Shown here one piece after another: positions 22,027 to 33,551 of a stretch of DNA of 64,000 bases. The stretch lies in NCBI GenBank assembly GCA_943789075.1, contig CALSSS010000002.1, positions 129,845 through 193,844 on the forward strand. The letters are read 5' to 3'. Made by a program: the position numbers and the translations under genes. Numbering within the stretch: the stretch's first letter is position 1; each line of letters begins with the position of its first letter. Origin of the DNA: an uncultured Candidatus Pelagibacter sp. GTDB lineage: Bacteria; Pseudomonadota; Alphaproteobacteria; Pelagibacterales; Pelagibacteraceae. Under the pieces are notes generated by a model. It made no database searches, was not told where the DNA came from, and saw nothing but the letters and a program-made list of their open reading frames with translations.

Positions 22027-23769
22027 GTGAATAAAATTGATATTATAAAAAGACTTTTTTTTGATTATACAAAAAAACATATTAATAAAATAATATTGTC
22101 TGTATTTTTTGCCTTACTTGTGGCTGGTAGTACTTCAGCCATTGCCTATCTTTTAGATCCAGCAATAAAAAAAATATTTATTGAAAAAGATCAAGCTTTA
22201 ATAATTATCATTCCAATTTTCATTATTGTTGCTTTTGCTGTGAAAGGCTTTTCACTATATGTAGCAAAAGTTCTTATGATAGGTGTTTCAGAAGAGGTAA
22301 GAAAAGACCTTCAATGTGATATGTTAAATAACTTGGTTGAGGCTGACACAAAATTAATTGATGGAAAGCATACTGGAAAATTTATATCCAATATAACTAA
22401 TGATGTAAGTCATATTACCAACTTAATCAGCACTGCAGTTTTAAATATTTTCAAAGATAGTTTAACTTTAATCGGATTATTGATTGTAATGTTTTTTCAA
22501 AATTGGAAGCTTTCTTTGGTGGCAATTATAATGATACCTCTAGCAACTTTTGCAGCAAGAACCTTAGGTAAAAGAATAGGTAAGGTTGCAACAGAACAAA
22601 TGTTAAGAGCTGGAATTCTTAATACATATTTAATTGAACTTTTTAAAAATCATAAACTTATTAAAATTTTTCAACAGGAAAAATATGAAAAAATAAGAGC
22701 AGAAAAGTTCATAAATGATGTTAAAGAAAAAAGTATAAAAATTGCAACTGTCTACGTTAGAGCATCACCAATAATGGAAACCTTAACAGGTATTATGATA
22801 GCAGTTTTAATTTTTTACTCTGGAAAGTTAGTTTTAAAGAATGAGATTGATATAAATAATTTTTTCTCTTTTCTTGCAGCTATGATGCTAGCATATCAAC
22901 CGGTTAGATCACTTGCTACATTGAATATAACAATTAGCCAAGGACTTTCAGCTGCAAAAAGAATTTTGCCTGTTATTGACGAAAAATCTGAACTTCTTCA
23001 AAACAAAGATGGCTCTGAAATAAAAGTTGATACAGGCAATATTGAATTTAAAAATGTATCTTTCAAGTATGAAAAAGAAAAAGAAATCAGAACCTTAAAT
23101 TCAGTAAGTATAAAAATGTTAGGTGGAAAAATGACTTCAATTGTTGGTCATAGTGGGGCTGGTAAATCAACAATATTAAATTTAATTCCAAGGTTCTATG
23201 ATGCAATTTCAGGAGATATACAGATAGATAATCAATCTATCTATAAATGTACCATACAATCTTTAAGAAAAAATATTTCACTAGTTAGTCAAGATACTAC
23301 TTTATTTGATGATACAATTAGAAATAATATTGCTTATGCAAACCTAAATGCAAGTCAAAAAGAAATTGAGGAAGCAGCAAAATATTCTTTTGCAAGTGAA
23401 TTTATAGAAAAACTTCCAAATAAGTATGAAACTATTATTGGCGAAAATGGAACTAGATTATCTGGTGGAGAAAAACAAAGACTTTCAATAGCAAGAGCAA
23501 TGCTGAAAAAAAGTCAAATTATTTTATTGGATGAAGCAACATCATCACTAGATGCAGAAACTGAAAATAAAATTCAAGATGCTATAAATTTCTTAACTAA
23601 AGATAGAACAACAATAGTGATAGCCCACAGATTATCGACAATTTTAAATTCAGATAAAATTTATGTAATTGACTCAGGTAGAGTTGTTGATGAAGGAAAT
23701 CATGAACAACTACTAGCAAACTCAAAGGTTTATAAAAACTTCTACGAAAAACAAATTAAGAAAGTTTAA
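22027..23769 (+). CDS. msbA: Lipid A export ABC transporter (MsbA-like)
   Basis: TMD plus NBD: GHSGAGKS, LSGGEKQR, LDEATSSLD; upstream of waaA-lpxK. Confidence 0.85.
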   Translation: MNKIDIIKRLFFDYTKKHINKIILSVFFALLVAGSTSAIAYLLDPAIKKIFIEKDQALIIIIPIFIIVAFAVKGFSLYVAKVLMIGVSEEVRKDLQCDMLNNLVEADTKLIDGKHTGKFISNITNDVSHITNLISTAVLNIFKDSLTLIGLLIVMFFQNWKLSLVAIIMIPLATFAARTLGKRIGKVATEQMLRAGILNTYLIELFKNHKLIKIFQQEKYEKIRAEKFINDVKEKSIKIATVYVRASPIMETLTGIMIAVLIFYSGKLVLKNEIDINNFFSFLAAMMLAYQPVRSLATLNITISQGLSAAKRILPVIDEKSELLQNKDGSEIKVDTGNIEFKNVSFKYEKEKEIRTLNSVSIKMLGGKMTSIVGHSGAGKSTILNLIPRFYDAISGDIQIDNQSIYKCTIQSLRKNISLVSQDTTLFDDTIRNNIAYANLNASQKEIEEAAKYSFASEFIEKLPNKYETIIGENGTRLSGGEKQRLSIARAMLKKSQIILLDEATSSLDAETENKIQDAINFLTKDRTTIVIAHRLSTILNSDKIYVIDSGRVVDEGNHEQLLANSKVYKNFYEKQIKKV

Positions 23770-25019
23770 TGTTTTTTTTTTACAGGATTCTAATAAATTT
23801 AATTTTTATTTTATCACCTATAATTGTAATAATAAGATTATTACAAAAAAAAGAAGATCCATCAAGATTTAGAGAAAAGCTAGGTTTTTTTTCAAAAAAA
23901 AAGACTAAAGGAAATTTGATATGGTTTCATGGTGCGAGTGTTGGGGAAATCTTAAGTGTGGTTCCTCTAATAGAAAAACTAGAAAAAAATAATAAAATAA
24001 AACAAATTTTAGTAACTTCAAATACTCTAAGTTCCTCTAAGATTTTATCAAAATTAAAATTAAAAAAAACTATCCATCAATTTTTTCCAATAGATACAAA
24101 CTATAATGCTCACAAATTTTTAGAATATTGGGATCCGTCTATTGCAATATTTATAGATTCTGAAATATGGCCAAATATGCTTACAAATATAAAAAAAAAA
24201 TCAATATCATTAATGTTAATTAACGCAAGAATAACTGAGAAATCTTTTAAGAAATGGAAATTTTTTTCTTCCTCTGCTAAAACGATATTTCAAAATTTTG
24301 ACATGTGCATATCATCAAGCTTGGCGTCTAAGAATTATTTAAGATTACTTGGGGCAAAAAAAATTTCATATTTTGGTAATTTAAAATTTACTCAAAGCAA
24401 ACAAACTACAAATGAATTAGGTAATAATTTAAATAAATTCTTTTTAACAAAAAAAATATGGTGTGCATCCAGCACACATGGAATTGAAGAAAAGATATGT
24501 GCAAATACACATAAAAAACTTAAAGTTAAGTATAAAAACTTATTAACAATTATAATACCAAGACATATTCATAGAGTTAAAAAAATTCTCCAAGATATAA
24601 AGGAAATGAATTTAAAAATTCACTTGCACGACTCTAAAAAAAAGATTGATAAAAAAACAGATATATACCTAGTAAATACTTTTGGACAAACCCAATCCTT
24701 TTTTAAGATTAGTAAAACTGTTTTTTTAGGAGGCTCAATTATTAAACATGGAGGGCAAAATCCTTTGGAGGCAGCAAAGTATGGGTGCCAAATATTACAT
24801 GGCCCAAATATATGGAATTTTAAAGAAATTTATAACCTTTTAAAAGCTAATGGAGCATCACATAAAGTTACCACACCCAATCAATTAACTCTTAAAGTTA
24901 GCAAGATACTGAACAATAAAAGCAACTCTAAAAAACTTCAATTAAAAATAAAAAATCTTAGTTCTAAAATTTTAAACTCAACCTTAAATGAGATAAACTT
25001 TCATATAAAGAAAAAATGA
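23769..25019 (+). CDS. waaA: 3-deoxy-D-manno-octulosonic acid transferase
   Basis: IWFHGASVGE, SEIWPN, ASSTH, IPRH, GGQNPLE. Confidence 0.95.
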   Translation: MFFFYRILINLIFILSPIIVIIRLLQKKEDPSRFREKLGFFSKKKTKGNLIWFHGASVGEILSVVPLIEKLEKNNKIKQILVTSNTLSSSKILSKLKLKKTIHQFFPIDTNYNAHKFLEYWDPSIAIFIDSEIWPNMLTNIKKKSISLMLINARITEKSFKKWKFFSSSAKTIFQNFDMCISSSLASKNYLRLLGAKKISYFGNLKFTQSKQTTNELGNNLNKFFLTKKIWCASSTHGIEEKICANTHKKLKVKYKNLLTIIIPRHIHRVKKILQDIKEMNLKIHLHDSKKKIDKKTDIYLVNTFGQTQSFFKISKTVFLGGSIIKHGGQNPLEAAKYGCQILHGPNIWNFKEIYNLLKANGASHKVTTPNQLTLKVSKILNNKSNSKKLQLKIKNLSSKILNSTLNEINFHIKKK

Positions 25020-25957
25020 AATTTAAAAAACCAAAATTTTGGGACTATCAACGTCCAAATTTATTGTCATATATTTTGTTGCCACTAACTTTTCCTCTAA
25101 TTTTAAATAATTTTCTCTTAAATAAAAAAAAAGATAAAAAAAAAGATCATAAGCCTAAAAAAATTTGTGTAGGAAATATATATGTAGGTGGCACAGCAAA
25201 AACTCCATTGACAATAAAAATTTATCAAATTTTAAATAAACTTGACATTAATGCTTGCACTATAAAAAAGTTTTACAAAAGCCATTATGATGAGCAAAAA
25301 ATGCTATCTGAAAAAACTATACTTTACTGTGAAAAAAATAGAATTGATGGACTTAATAAGGCAATTCTAGACAACAAAGATGTGGCAATTTTTGATGATG
25401 GTCTACAAGATAGCTCAATAAATTATGATCTAAAAATTGTTTGCTTCAATGACTTAAAATTAATTGGAAATGGTTTTTTAATTCCTGCTGGACCTCTAAG
25501 AGAAAAAATAAATAGTATTTCAAAGTACGACATGGCTTTTATTAATGGAAATGAGGTAGATAACTCTAAACTAAAGTTACTATTAAAAAGTTATAATGCT
25601 AATATTGAAATATTTGAGACCAACTATAAAGCTATAAATATTAAAGAATTTAATATTAACGATGAATATATTGTTTTTTCAGGCATAGGTAATCCTGATA
25701 GTTTTAAACAAACATTAATCAATAATAATATTAAGATAGCAAAAGAAATGATTTTTCCTGATCATTACAATTATACTCATAAGGATATTGACCAAATAAA
25801 ATATCAGGCAAGAAAACTTAACTTAAAGATATTAACTACTGAAAAAGATTATATTAAGATTAAATCAATCGATAACAATGATATTAAATATTTAAAAGTA
25901 GAGCTGGATATCAAGAATGAAGATAGGCTAATAAATCATTTAAAAAAATATATATGA
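25016..25957 (+). CDS. lpxK: Tetraacyldisaccharide 4'-kinase
   Basis: VGNIYVGGTAKTP, DDGLQ, PAGPLRE, FPDHY, TTEKD. Confidence 0.95.
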   Translation: MKFKKPKFWDYQRPNLLSYILLPLTFPLILNNFLLNKKKDKKKDHKPKKICVGNIYVGGTAKTPLTIKIYQILNKLDINACTIKKFYKSHYDEQKMLSEKTILYCEKNRIDGLNKAILDNKDVAIFDDGLQDSSINYDLKIVCFNDLKLIGNGFLIPAGPLREKINSISKYDMAFINGNEVDNSKLKLLLKSYNANIEIFETNYKAINIKEFNINDEYIVFSGIGNPDSFKQTLINNNIKIAKEMIFPDHYNYTHKDIDQIKYQARKLNLKILTTEKDYIKIKSIDNNDIKYLKVELDIKNEDRLINHLKKYI

Positions 25958-26814
25958 AATTAATAAAATATTTTTTTCAATTTATAATTATAATAACACT
26001 TCTTCTTTTATTTAGAATTTTGGGGCTTAAAATTGCTTCATTTATCTCTAATAAAATTGCATCAAGTTTTGGACCTTTTTTTAGATCTAAAAATTTAATT
26101 AAATCAAATATTCTTAAAGCACTTCCACATTTAAGTCCTGAGGAATTAGATAAAATTTCAAAAAAGATGTGGGGAAATTATGGAAGAATACTTGCTGAAT
26201 ACGTTTTTATAAAAAATTTTAGAGGGCCCAAATTTAATAATAATATAAAAGTTAAAGGTCAAGATGTGCTTGAAAAAATTAAAAAAGATAATGAGCCTGT
26301 TATATTTGTTTCAGGACATTTCAATAACTTTGAATTAATGGCTCTACATATTGAAAAATCAGGAATTAACCTCGCAGCAATTTATAGACCACTTAATAAT
26401 AAATTTCTTAACTATATAATGGAGAGGGTTAGAAAAAAATATATTTGTAAAAATCAAATCAAAAAAGGAATTTCAGGTACTAAAAAATTGCTTAGTTTTT
26501 TCAAACAGAAAACTTCTATAGCGCTCATGATTGATCAAAGAGTTTCTCAAGGTATTAAGGCTAAATTATTTAATGATGAATGTTTTACAACTACTATTCC
26601 TGCACAATTTGTTAAAAAATTTAAATGCAAAATAATCCCTGTTTATATTGAAAGAATACAGGGCACAAATTTCCAAATTACTATACATGAGCCAATAAAT
26701 TTTTCAGGTGATGAAACAATTGAGTCGATAACTTTAAACTTAAACGGTTTGTTAGAAAAAATGATTTTAAAAAATCCCGAACAATGGATTTGGTCTCATA
26801 ATCGATGGAAATAA
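25954..26814 (+). CDS. lpxL: Lipid A acyltransferase (LpxL/HtrB family)
   Basis: GHFNNFE, YRPLNN, IDQ, PEQWIWSHNRWK. Confidence 0.88.
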   Translation: MKLIKYFFQFIIIITLLLLFRILGLKIASFISNKIASSFGPFFRSKNLIKSNILKALPHLSPEELDKISKKMWGNYGRILAEYVFIKNFRGPKFNNNIKVKGQDVLEKIKKDNEPVIFVSGHFNNFELMALHIEKSGINLAAIYRPLNNKFLNYIMERVRKKYICKNQIKKGISGTKKLLSFFKQKTSIALMIDQRVSQGIKAKLFNDECFTTTIPAQFVKKFKCKIIPVYIERIQGTNFQITIHEPINFSGDETIESITLNLNGLLEKMILKNPEQWIWSHNRWK

Positions 26815-26827
26815 GAGTTCTTTAAAG

Positions 26828-27016
26828 TTATTCACTTTCTCTTTTTTTTGCTGCCTCAACGTACGAATAATATGGTTCTTGCAAATCCACATTCCAATAA
26901 TTCAAAGTATTTAGATCAATCTTCTTACCAGATACTGCACAAATTACATGATCGCCCTCTTCAATAACTTCAAAATTATTTGGTAAATATCTTATTTTAG
27001 CTAATTTTTTATTCAT
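26828..27016 (-). CDS. DUF2093-like small protein
   Basis: GDHVICAVSGKKIDL..LNYWNVDLQEPY; ATG at 27016 (MNKKLAK) preferred over the track's upstream start. Confidence 0.7.
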   Translation of the reverse strand: MNKKLAKIRYLPNNFEVIEEGDHVICAVSGKKIDLNTLNYWNVDLQEPYYSYVEAAKKRESE

Positions 27017-27037
27017 TTTTAGTTTATATATTCTTAC

Positions 27038-28303
27038 ATGAATGTTGGAATAATTGGAAGCGGTGGAAGAGAACATGCAATATGTAAAGAAATTAAGAGA
27101 TCCTCAAAAGTAAACAAAATTTATTGTTTTCCAGGAAATGCTGGCACATCTGAACTAGCAGAAAATATTGAAATAGATATTTCTGATTTTATTAGAATTA
27201 AAGAATTTTCACTTTCTAATAAAATAAAATTAATTATAGTTGGTCCTGAAAAACCATTAGTTGATGGAATAGTTGATTTTTTCAAGAACACAAAAATAAA
27301 TATTTTTGGTCCTGACAGAATATCATCTCAGCTTGAGGGCTCTAAGATATTTACCAAAAAAATCTGTGAAACTTATAAAATTCCTACTGCTAAGTTTGGT
27401 GTTTTTAAAAATTCTATGAGGCTATTACATTTTTAAATAAAACCTCATTTCCAATTGTAATTAAAGCAGACGGGCTTGCATCTGGGAAAGGTGTTTATAT
27501 TTGTGAAAATAAGAGTGAAGGCAATATTGCTATTGAAGAAATATTTAATGGAAAATTTGGAGTAGCTAAAAACTTACTAATTGAAGAATTTCTCAAGGGT
27601 GAAGAAATGAGTTTTTTTGTAATTAGTGATGGTAAGGACAATTAAAAATTTTGAAACAGCACAAGATCATAAAAGAGTACTTGAAGGCGACAAAGGGAGC
27701 AATACTGGAGGCATGGGGGCTTATTCTCCATCACGATTAATTAATGAAAAACTTGAAAAAAAAATTTTAACAAAAATAATAAAGCCAACAATTAATGCAT
27801 TAAAAGACATGGGTTCTAATTACAAAGGATTTTTGTATGCAGGATTGATGATAGTTGATGGAGAACCATTTTTAATAGAATATAATGTTAGAATGGGAGA
27901 TCCTGAGTGCCAAACTATTTTACCAAAATTGAAAACAGATTTTTTAGAAATTATAGAAGCATGCTGTAATGAAAACTTAAGTAGTTTGAAAATAGAATGG
28001 CATGACAAGAAAAGTTTATGTATTGTGCTTTGCTCAAAAGGTTATCCTAATGAGTATAATAAAAACATATTGATTGAAAATTTTGATAAACTTAATTTAA
28101 ATAAGGGAGACTTTATTTATCATGCAGGCACAAAAAAAATTAATGATAAAATATATTCTAACGGTGGTAGAGTTATGAACTTTGTAAGTTTATCTTCTAG
28201 CTTTAAGGAAAGTAGAAATAGAATATACAGTCATATTAAAGCACTAAATTGGAACAGTGGTTTTTTTAGGAAAGATATTGGATATAAAGTAATTAATGAA
28301 TGA
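27038..28303 (+). CDS. purD: Phosphoribosylamine-glycine ligase (frameshifts near 27420 and 27635)
   Basis: IGSGGREHA, VGPEKPL, IKADGLASGKGV in the intervening frame, QDHKR, NTGGMGAYSP, EYNVRMGDPE. Confidence 0.93.
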
Positions 28304-28864
28304 GAATTATTTCAGGTAACCTCAAAGGTAAAAAAATTTTATCCCCTAAAAATGAATTAACAAGACCTCTTAAGGATTTAACTAAAGAGTCAATTTTCAA
28401 TTTAATTAAACATTCAAAGTTATTAGATTGTAAACTTGAAAATGCAAATGTCTTGATTTATTTGCTGGTGTGGGCTCATTTGGTCTCGAGTGTTTATCTA
28501 GAGGAGCTCAATCAGTTACTTTTTTTGAGAATTATAAAGAAGCATTAATTATTTTAAAAGAAAACATAAGTGCATGAAGCAACAAAATTTTTCAGAAGTT
28601 ATTGAAAAAAATATTTTTTTAGAAAATACGTTTAAATATTTAAACAAAAAATATGATATAATATTTATGGATCCTCCTTATAAAGAAAAAAAAGTGCCCG
28701 ATATTCTGAATAAAATCATCAAATTAAATTTATTAAAAGAAAATGGGGTAATAATAATTCATAGGCATAAAAAGGAAAAAGACTTATTTCCCAAAGAGTT
28801 CAAAATCATAATAAGTAAAATTTATGGTATTTCAAAAATTATCTTTGGTAATAAATTAGATTAA
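28300..28864 (+). CDS. rsmD: 16S rRNA m2G966 methyltransferase (frameshifted)
   Basis: [26 protein letters not shown] in the alternative frame, FMDPPY. Confidence 0.88.
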
Positions 28865-30017
28865 TATTTTTTTTGTTTCTTTTTTTATTAATTCAACAGA
28901 GGGTTGATCAAAAGGATTAACGTTTAAAGATCTTCCTAATAAAATTGTTTCCAAAATAAAAAAACAGAAAAGTTCACCTAGTGATTTTTCATCTCGTTTT
29001 AAAACTTTAAAACTTCTAAATGGAATTTTTCTTTTATTAAAAACTTTTTCACTAGCTAGCATTTGTGAGTGTTTAATTTTTTGTATTGATTGATTTTTTA
29101 AATATCTATGGCTAGATAAAATATTATTATTATCTATTTTTACATCTTTGTTATCTAAAGTATTAAAAAAAGTATAAAAACTTATTTTTGGGACCATCTA
29201 AATAAAGTTGCATTAGACTATGATTGTCTTTTGGCATTGACGATACAACAGGCAACATGCCCTTTCGATTTTTTACCTAAACTTTCAGCTATTAACTGTT
29301 GGTACCATTTAAATAAATTTTCTGATTGTTCATCATAATTCAAAATTATTGACGTCAAACTTTCCATTATTAATAAAATGCAAGGTTGCTACTACGTTAT
29401 TAATGAGATTATTAATGAAAATTTTATTTTTAATAATATTATTAAACTGTTTAAATTTATTTTCATTTAAATCCATTAATTCTGCAGGCAACATTCCAAC
29501 TTCTGACAGTACGGAATATCTTCCACCTATATAATTCTTATGTTCAAATATTTCAGATTTTAATTTGCCCCACCAGGTTAGTTAGGTAACTTTTTTTATC
29601 TTCTGTAATTATGATATTGTGATCTTTATTTTTTATTAATGTATTTGAATTTACTATTGTTTCTAAAGTGTTTCCTGATTTGGATATAATTAAATTTAAA
29701 TTAATTTTTTTATTTTTTAAATAATTTTCACTATTTTTTAAATCATTTACAAAATAAAAATTTTTTTTAATTTTTTTTTTTAGAAAACTATGAATTGCTT
29801 CTGATCCAAGTATTGATCCTCCCATACCAATAATTCTTATATTGGAAAATTTTTTATACTTAACAAGTGTTTTTTTTGAATAACTATATTTATAATTTGG
29901 TTTTAATGTTTCTAAAAATGAAGGCTGATTTTTTAATAGTTTCTTAAAAAGATTTTTAACTTTCTTGTTTTTTTTGAATTTTTTAAAATTTTTAAAATTA
30001 ATATTCTTAGTTAGCAT
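28856..30017 (-). CDS. pgi: Glucose-6-phosphate isomerase, short form (frameshifted in several places)
   Basis: IGMGGSILG, ISKSGNTLET, IGGRYSVLS, WYQQLIAESLGK, NPFDQPSVE across fragments. Confidence 0.88.
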
Positions 30018-30334
30018 TAATTATTCTTAATATTTTTTAATACAAAATCCTCTGCCGTTTTATTTGATTTATTTGTTTCACTAATAGTTTGACTTTTAAT
30101 GCTTAAAATTTTTTCTATATCTATCTCTTCCTCTAATTGTATATTTCTTCATCTTTATCTTTTGGTTGTGGTAGCTCTTAAAATTCTGGTGGTAAAACTA
30201 GTGGACTTTTTTTTTGAACCAAAAATTCATCACTATTTTCAGATTTTTTACCACTAAGTCCATCTTTGATTGACTGACAAGAAAGTCCAACTAGTGCAAC
30301 TAAAATAATTAAAATTATATTTTTTAATTTTCAT
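30017..30334 (-). CDS. DUF3035-like lipoprotein (heavily frameshifted)
   Basis: Lipobox-like LSCQS, then DEFLVQKKSPLVLPPEF motif; lies downstream of lspA as in other alphaproteobacteria. Confidence 0.6.
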
Positions 30335-30822
30335 TTTTTAATGTTTATCTAAAATTATTTCATACTAAAATAAGGCAAATTACCCCTAAAGAAATAAATA
30401 TATCTGCCACATTAAAAATAAACCAATGAAAATCATTTACATGAAAGTCAATGAAATCTGGTACTGCAGAGTAATATAACCTATCAAATAAGATTGCCTA
30501 ATTGCACCTCCAAATATAAAGGAAAAATAGTAAACCCTCATATCTTTTGTTTTTATAATGATGAATAAAATATCAATGAAATTATTACAATCAATCCTGT
30601 AATTAAGTTATATATTTGGCTTTGCTCAAAGTTAAACAATCCAAATGCTATTCCTTTATTCCAAACTAGATATATGTTAAAAAAGATGTTATAAAAATAT
30701 CTACATGATTGTGTATTTCGGCTAAGCTTAAAACATATAAATTTTGTAAACCTATCTAGCAAAAAAATAGTTAAAATTATTATTCCACAATAAAATAGTT
30801 TCTTTTTAAATTGACTTTGCAT
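30335..30822 (-). CDS. lspA: Lipoprotein signal peptidase II (frameshifted; 3' end approximate)
   Basis: LDRFTK, WNKGIAFG, GGAI..LFDR, VPDFIDFH, WFIFNVAD; follows ileS. Confidence 0.88.
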
Positions 30823-30828
30823 TCATTT

Positions 30829-33550
30829 TTAATTTTTATGTCTAAGACAGCCATTTTTAATAATTTTCCAGCAAACAGCACATTTTTCTCCTTCTGCTTT
30901 TTTGGTTTGTACAGTTGTGTCATTGTCTTGTGCTTTCAATATTTCTACTGCTGAGGTGATACATAAGTTCAGACAAATCTATATCCTTTGTTAATTCCTA
31001 ATCAGTTTTTATTAAATTAATTACAAGATTTGCTTCTAAACTTGAGCCTATTTCTTTACTTGCTCTTTTTGCTTCAATACTAATATTACAAACATCTCTT
31101 ATTTTTTTTAATTCAATCCACTTTTTATTTAATTGATCGTTTTCAAAAGATTTTGGAAATTTCATGAATTTTTCAAGATGAATACTTTTTTCATCTTTAT
31201 TAATTAATTTGAAAATTTCTTCAGTTGTAAATGATAAAATTGGCGCAAACCATTTGCTTAAAGACTCAAGCAATATATTTAAAACTATAATACAACTTTT
31301 TCTTCTATCTGAGTCTTTGCTATCACAATATAAAGCATCTTTTCTGATATCAAAATAAAATGCAGATAAATCTACAGTACAAAAATTCAATAGTTCTTTG
31401 TAAAGATTATGAAAATCATATGATTTAAAATAATTATTAAAGTTTTTATTTAATTCAAAAACTCTATGAAGCATGTATTGCTCTAATTCTGGTAATTGAT
31501 TTAAATCTAATTTTTCTAAATCTATCTTTTTTAAAATTCATCATTTAAATTTCCTAATAAATATCTAAAGGTATTTCTAATTTTTCTATAAGAATCTGCG
31601 TGTTGTTCTAAAATTGAATAATCTATTCTTAAATCTTCTGCATAATTTGATGATGCAACCCAAATTCTTAAAATATCTGCACCATATTTTTTTAATATAT
31701 CTTCAGGTGCAATTACATTTCCTAAAGATTTAGACATTTTAAGTCCCTTGCCGTCGACTACAAATCCATGTGATAAAATAGCTTCATAAGGAGCTCTACC
31801 TCTAGTTCCACAAGACTCTAATAATGACGAATGAAACCAACCCCTATGTTGATCAGAACCTTCAAGATACATTGAAGCGGGCCATTGCAAATCTTCTCTT
31901 TTTTCTAAAACAAATGAGTGGGTGCAGCCACTATCAAACCAAACCTCAACAATATCACTCATCTTATCATAATCTTCTGCCTTATACTTGCTGCCCAAAA
32001 ATCTTTGTGGGTTGTCTGAAAACCAACAGTCAGAACCTTCTTTTTCATAGATGCTTGCAATATTTTCGTTTACTTCATCATCAACCAAAACTTCTTTGGT
32101 GGTTTTATGAATAAATATTGGTAGAGGAACTCCCCATACTCTTTGTCTTGATACACACCAATCTGGTCTTGTCTCAATCATTGCTTTTATCCGTTCTCTT
32201 CCTTTATCTGGATAGAAAGTAGTGTCATCTAAAGCTTTTAATGCTTTCTTTCTAAGTCCATGGCTTTCCATTGAGATAAACCATTGAGGAGTTGCTCTAT
32301 GAACAAGAGGTGCTTTAGATCTCCATGAATGTGGATATGAATGAATTAATTCTCCACTAGATAACAATTTTTTTTCTGCTTTTAACTTTTCAATTACAAT
32401 TGGGTTAGCTTTAAAAATGTGAATACCATCAAATAAAGGTAGGTTCTTAGTATATTTTCCATCGCCATCGACAGTCTCTATTGCTTTAATTCCATGATTT
32501 AAACAAAGATTAAAATCGTCTGGTCCATGACTTGGTGCACAGTGTACAATTCCTGTTCCTTGTTCTGTTGTAACAAATCTAGCCTCAAGCATTGGAACAT
32601 CATAGTTATAGCCAAGTGCTAAAAAAGGATGACTACAAATTGTGTCTTTAAAATCACTTCCCTTAATTTTTTTTATTTCTTTATAGTCATTAATATTACA
32701 GTCTTTAATAACAGACTCTAATAAGTGCTTCTGCTACCACTATTTTTTTTCCTTTAAAATCACCTTCATCATTTAATTGAATGATTAGATAATCAAGAGC
32801 CTCATTATAAGCTAAAGCTTTATTTGCTGGTATTGTCCAAGGTGTTGTTGTCCAAATTATAATTTCTGTTCCTTCTAGTTCTTTTAAATTTGTTTTTACA
32901 ACTGGAAAGGCTGTATAAATTGTATCAGATTTATGATCTTGATACTCTACTTCAGCATCAGCCAATGCAGTTTTTTCAACAGTTGACCAAAGAACAGGCT
33001 TAAAGCCTTTATATAAACTTCCTTCTTTTAAAAACTTTCCTAATTCTCTTACAATTTGAGCTTCAGCTTCAAAACTCATTGTTGCATAATGGTTGTCCCA
33101 ATCTCCAACAACGCCTAATCTTTTAAATTGTGTTTTGTGAACTTCAATCCATTTTTCAGCAAACTCTCTACATTCTTTTCTAAATTCAGTAATTGGAACT
33201 TCATTTTTGTTTTTTTTGTTTTTTTTGTATTGTTCTTCAATTTTCCATTCAATGGGTAGTCCATGACAATCCCAACCTGGAACATATACTGAGTCTTTTC
33301 CATCCATTTGATGAAATTTAACAATAATATCTTTTAATATTTTATTTAGAGCAGTACCCATATGAATATTGCCATTTGCATATGGTGGTCCATCATGAAG
33401 AATAAATTTTTCTTTTCCTTTGTTGGATTTTCTTAACTCTTTATAGAGATCAATTTTTTTCCAATATTCTAAAATTTCAGGCTCTTTATTTTGTAAATTA
33501 GCTTTCATTGAGAAAGCTGTTTTTGGTAAATTGATATGTTCTTTACTCAT
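30829..33550 (-). CDS. ileS: Isoleucine--tRNA ligase (frameshifts near 32720, 31530, 31000)
   Basis: DGPPYANGNIHMG, GWDCHGLP, WTTTPWT, EGSDQHRGWF, KMSKS, C-terminal KCAVCWK. Confidence 0.95.
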
Positions 33551-33551
33551 T

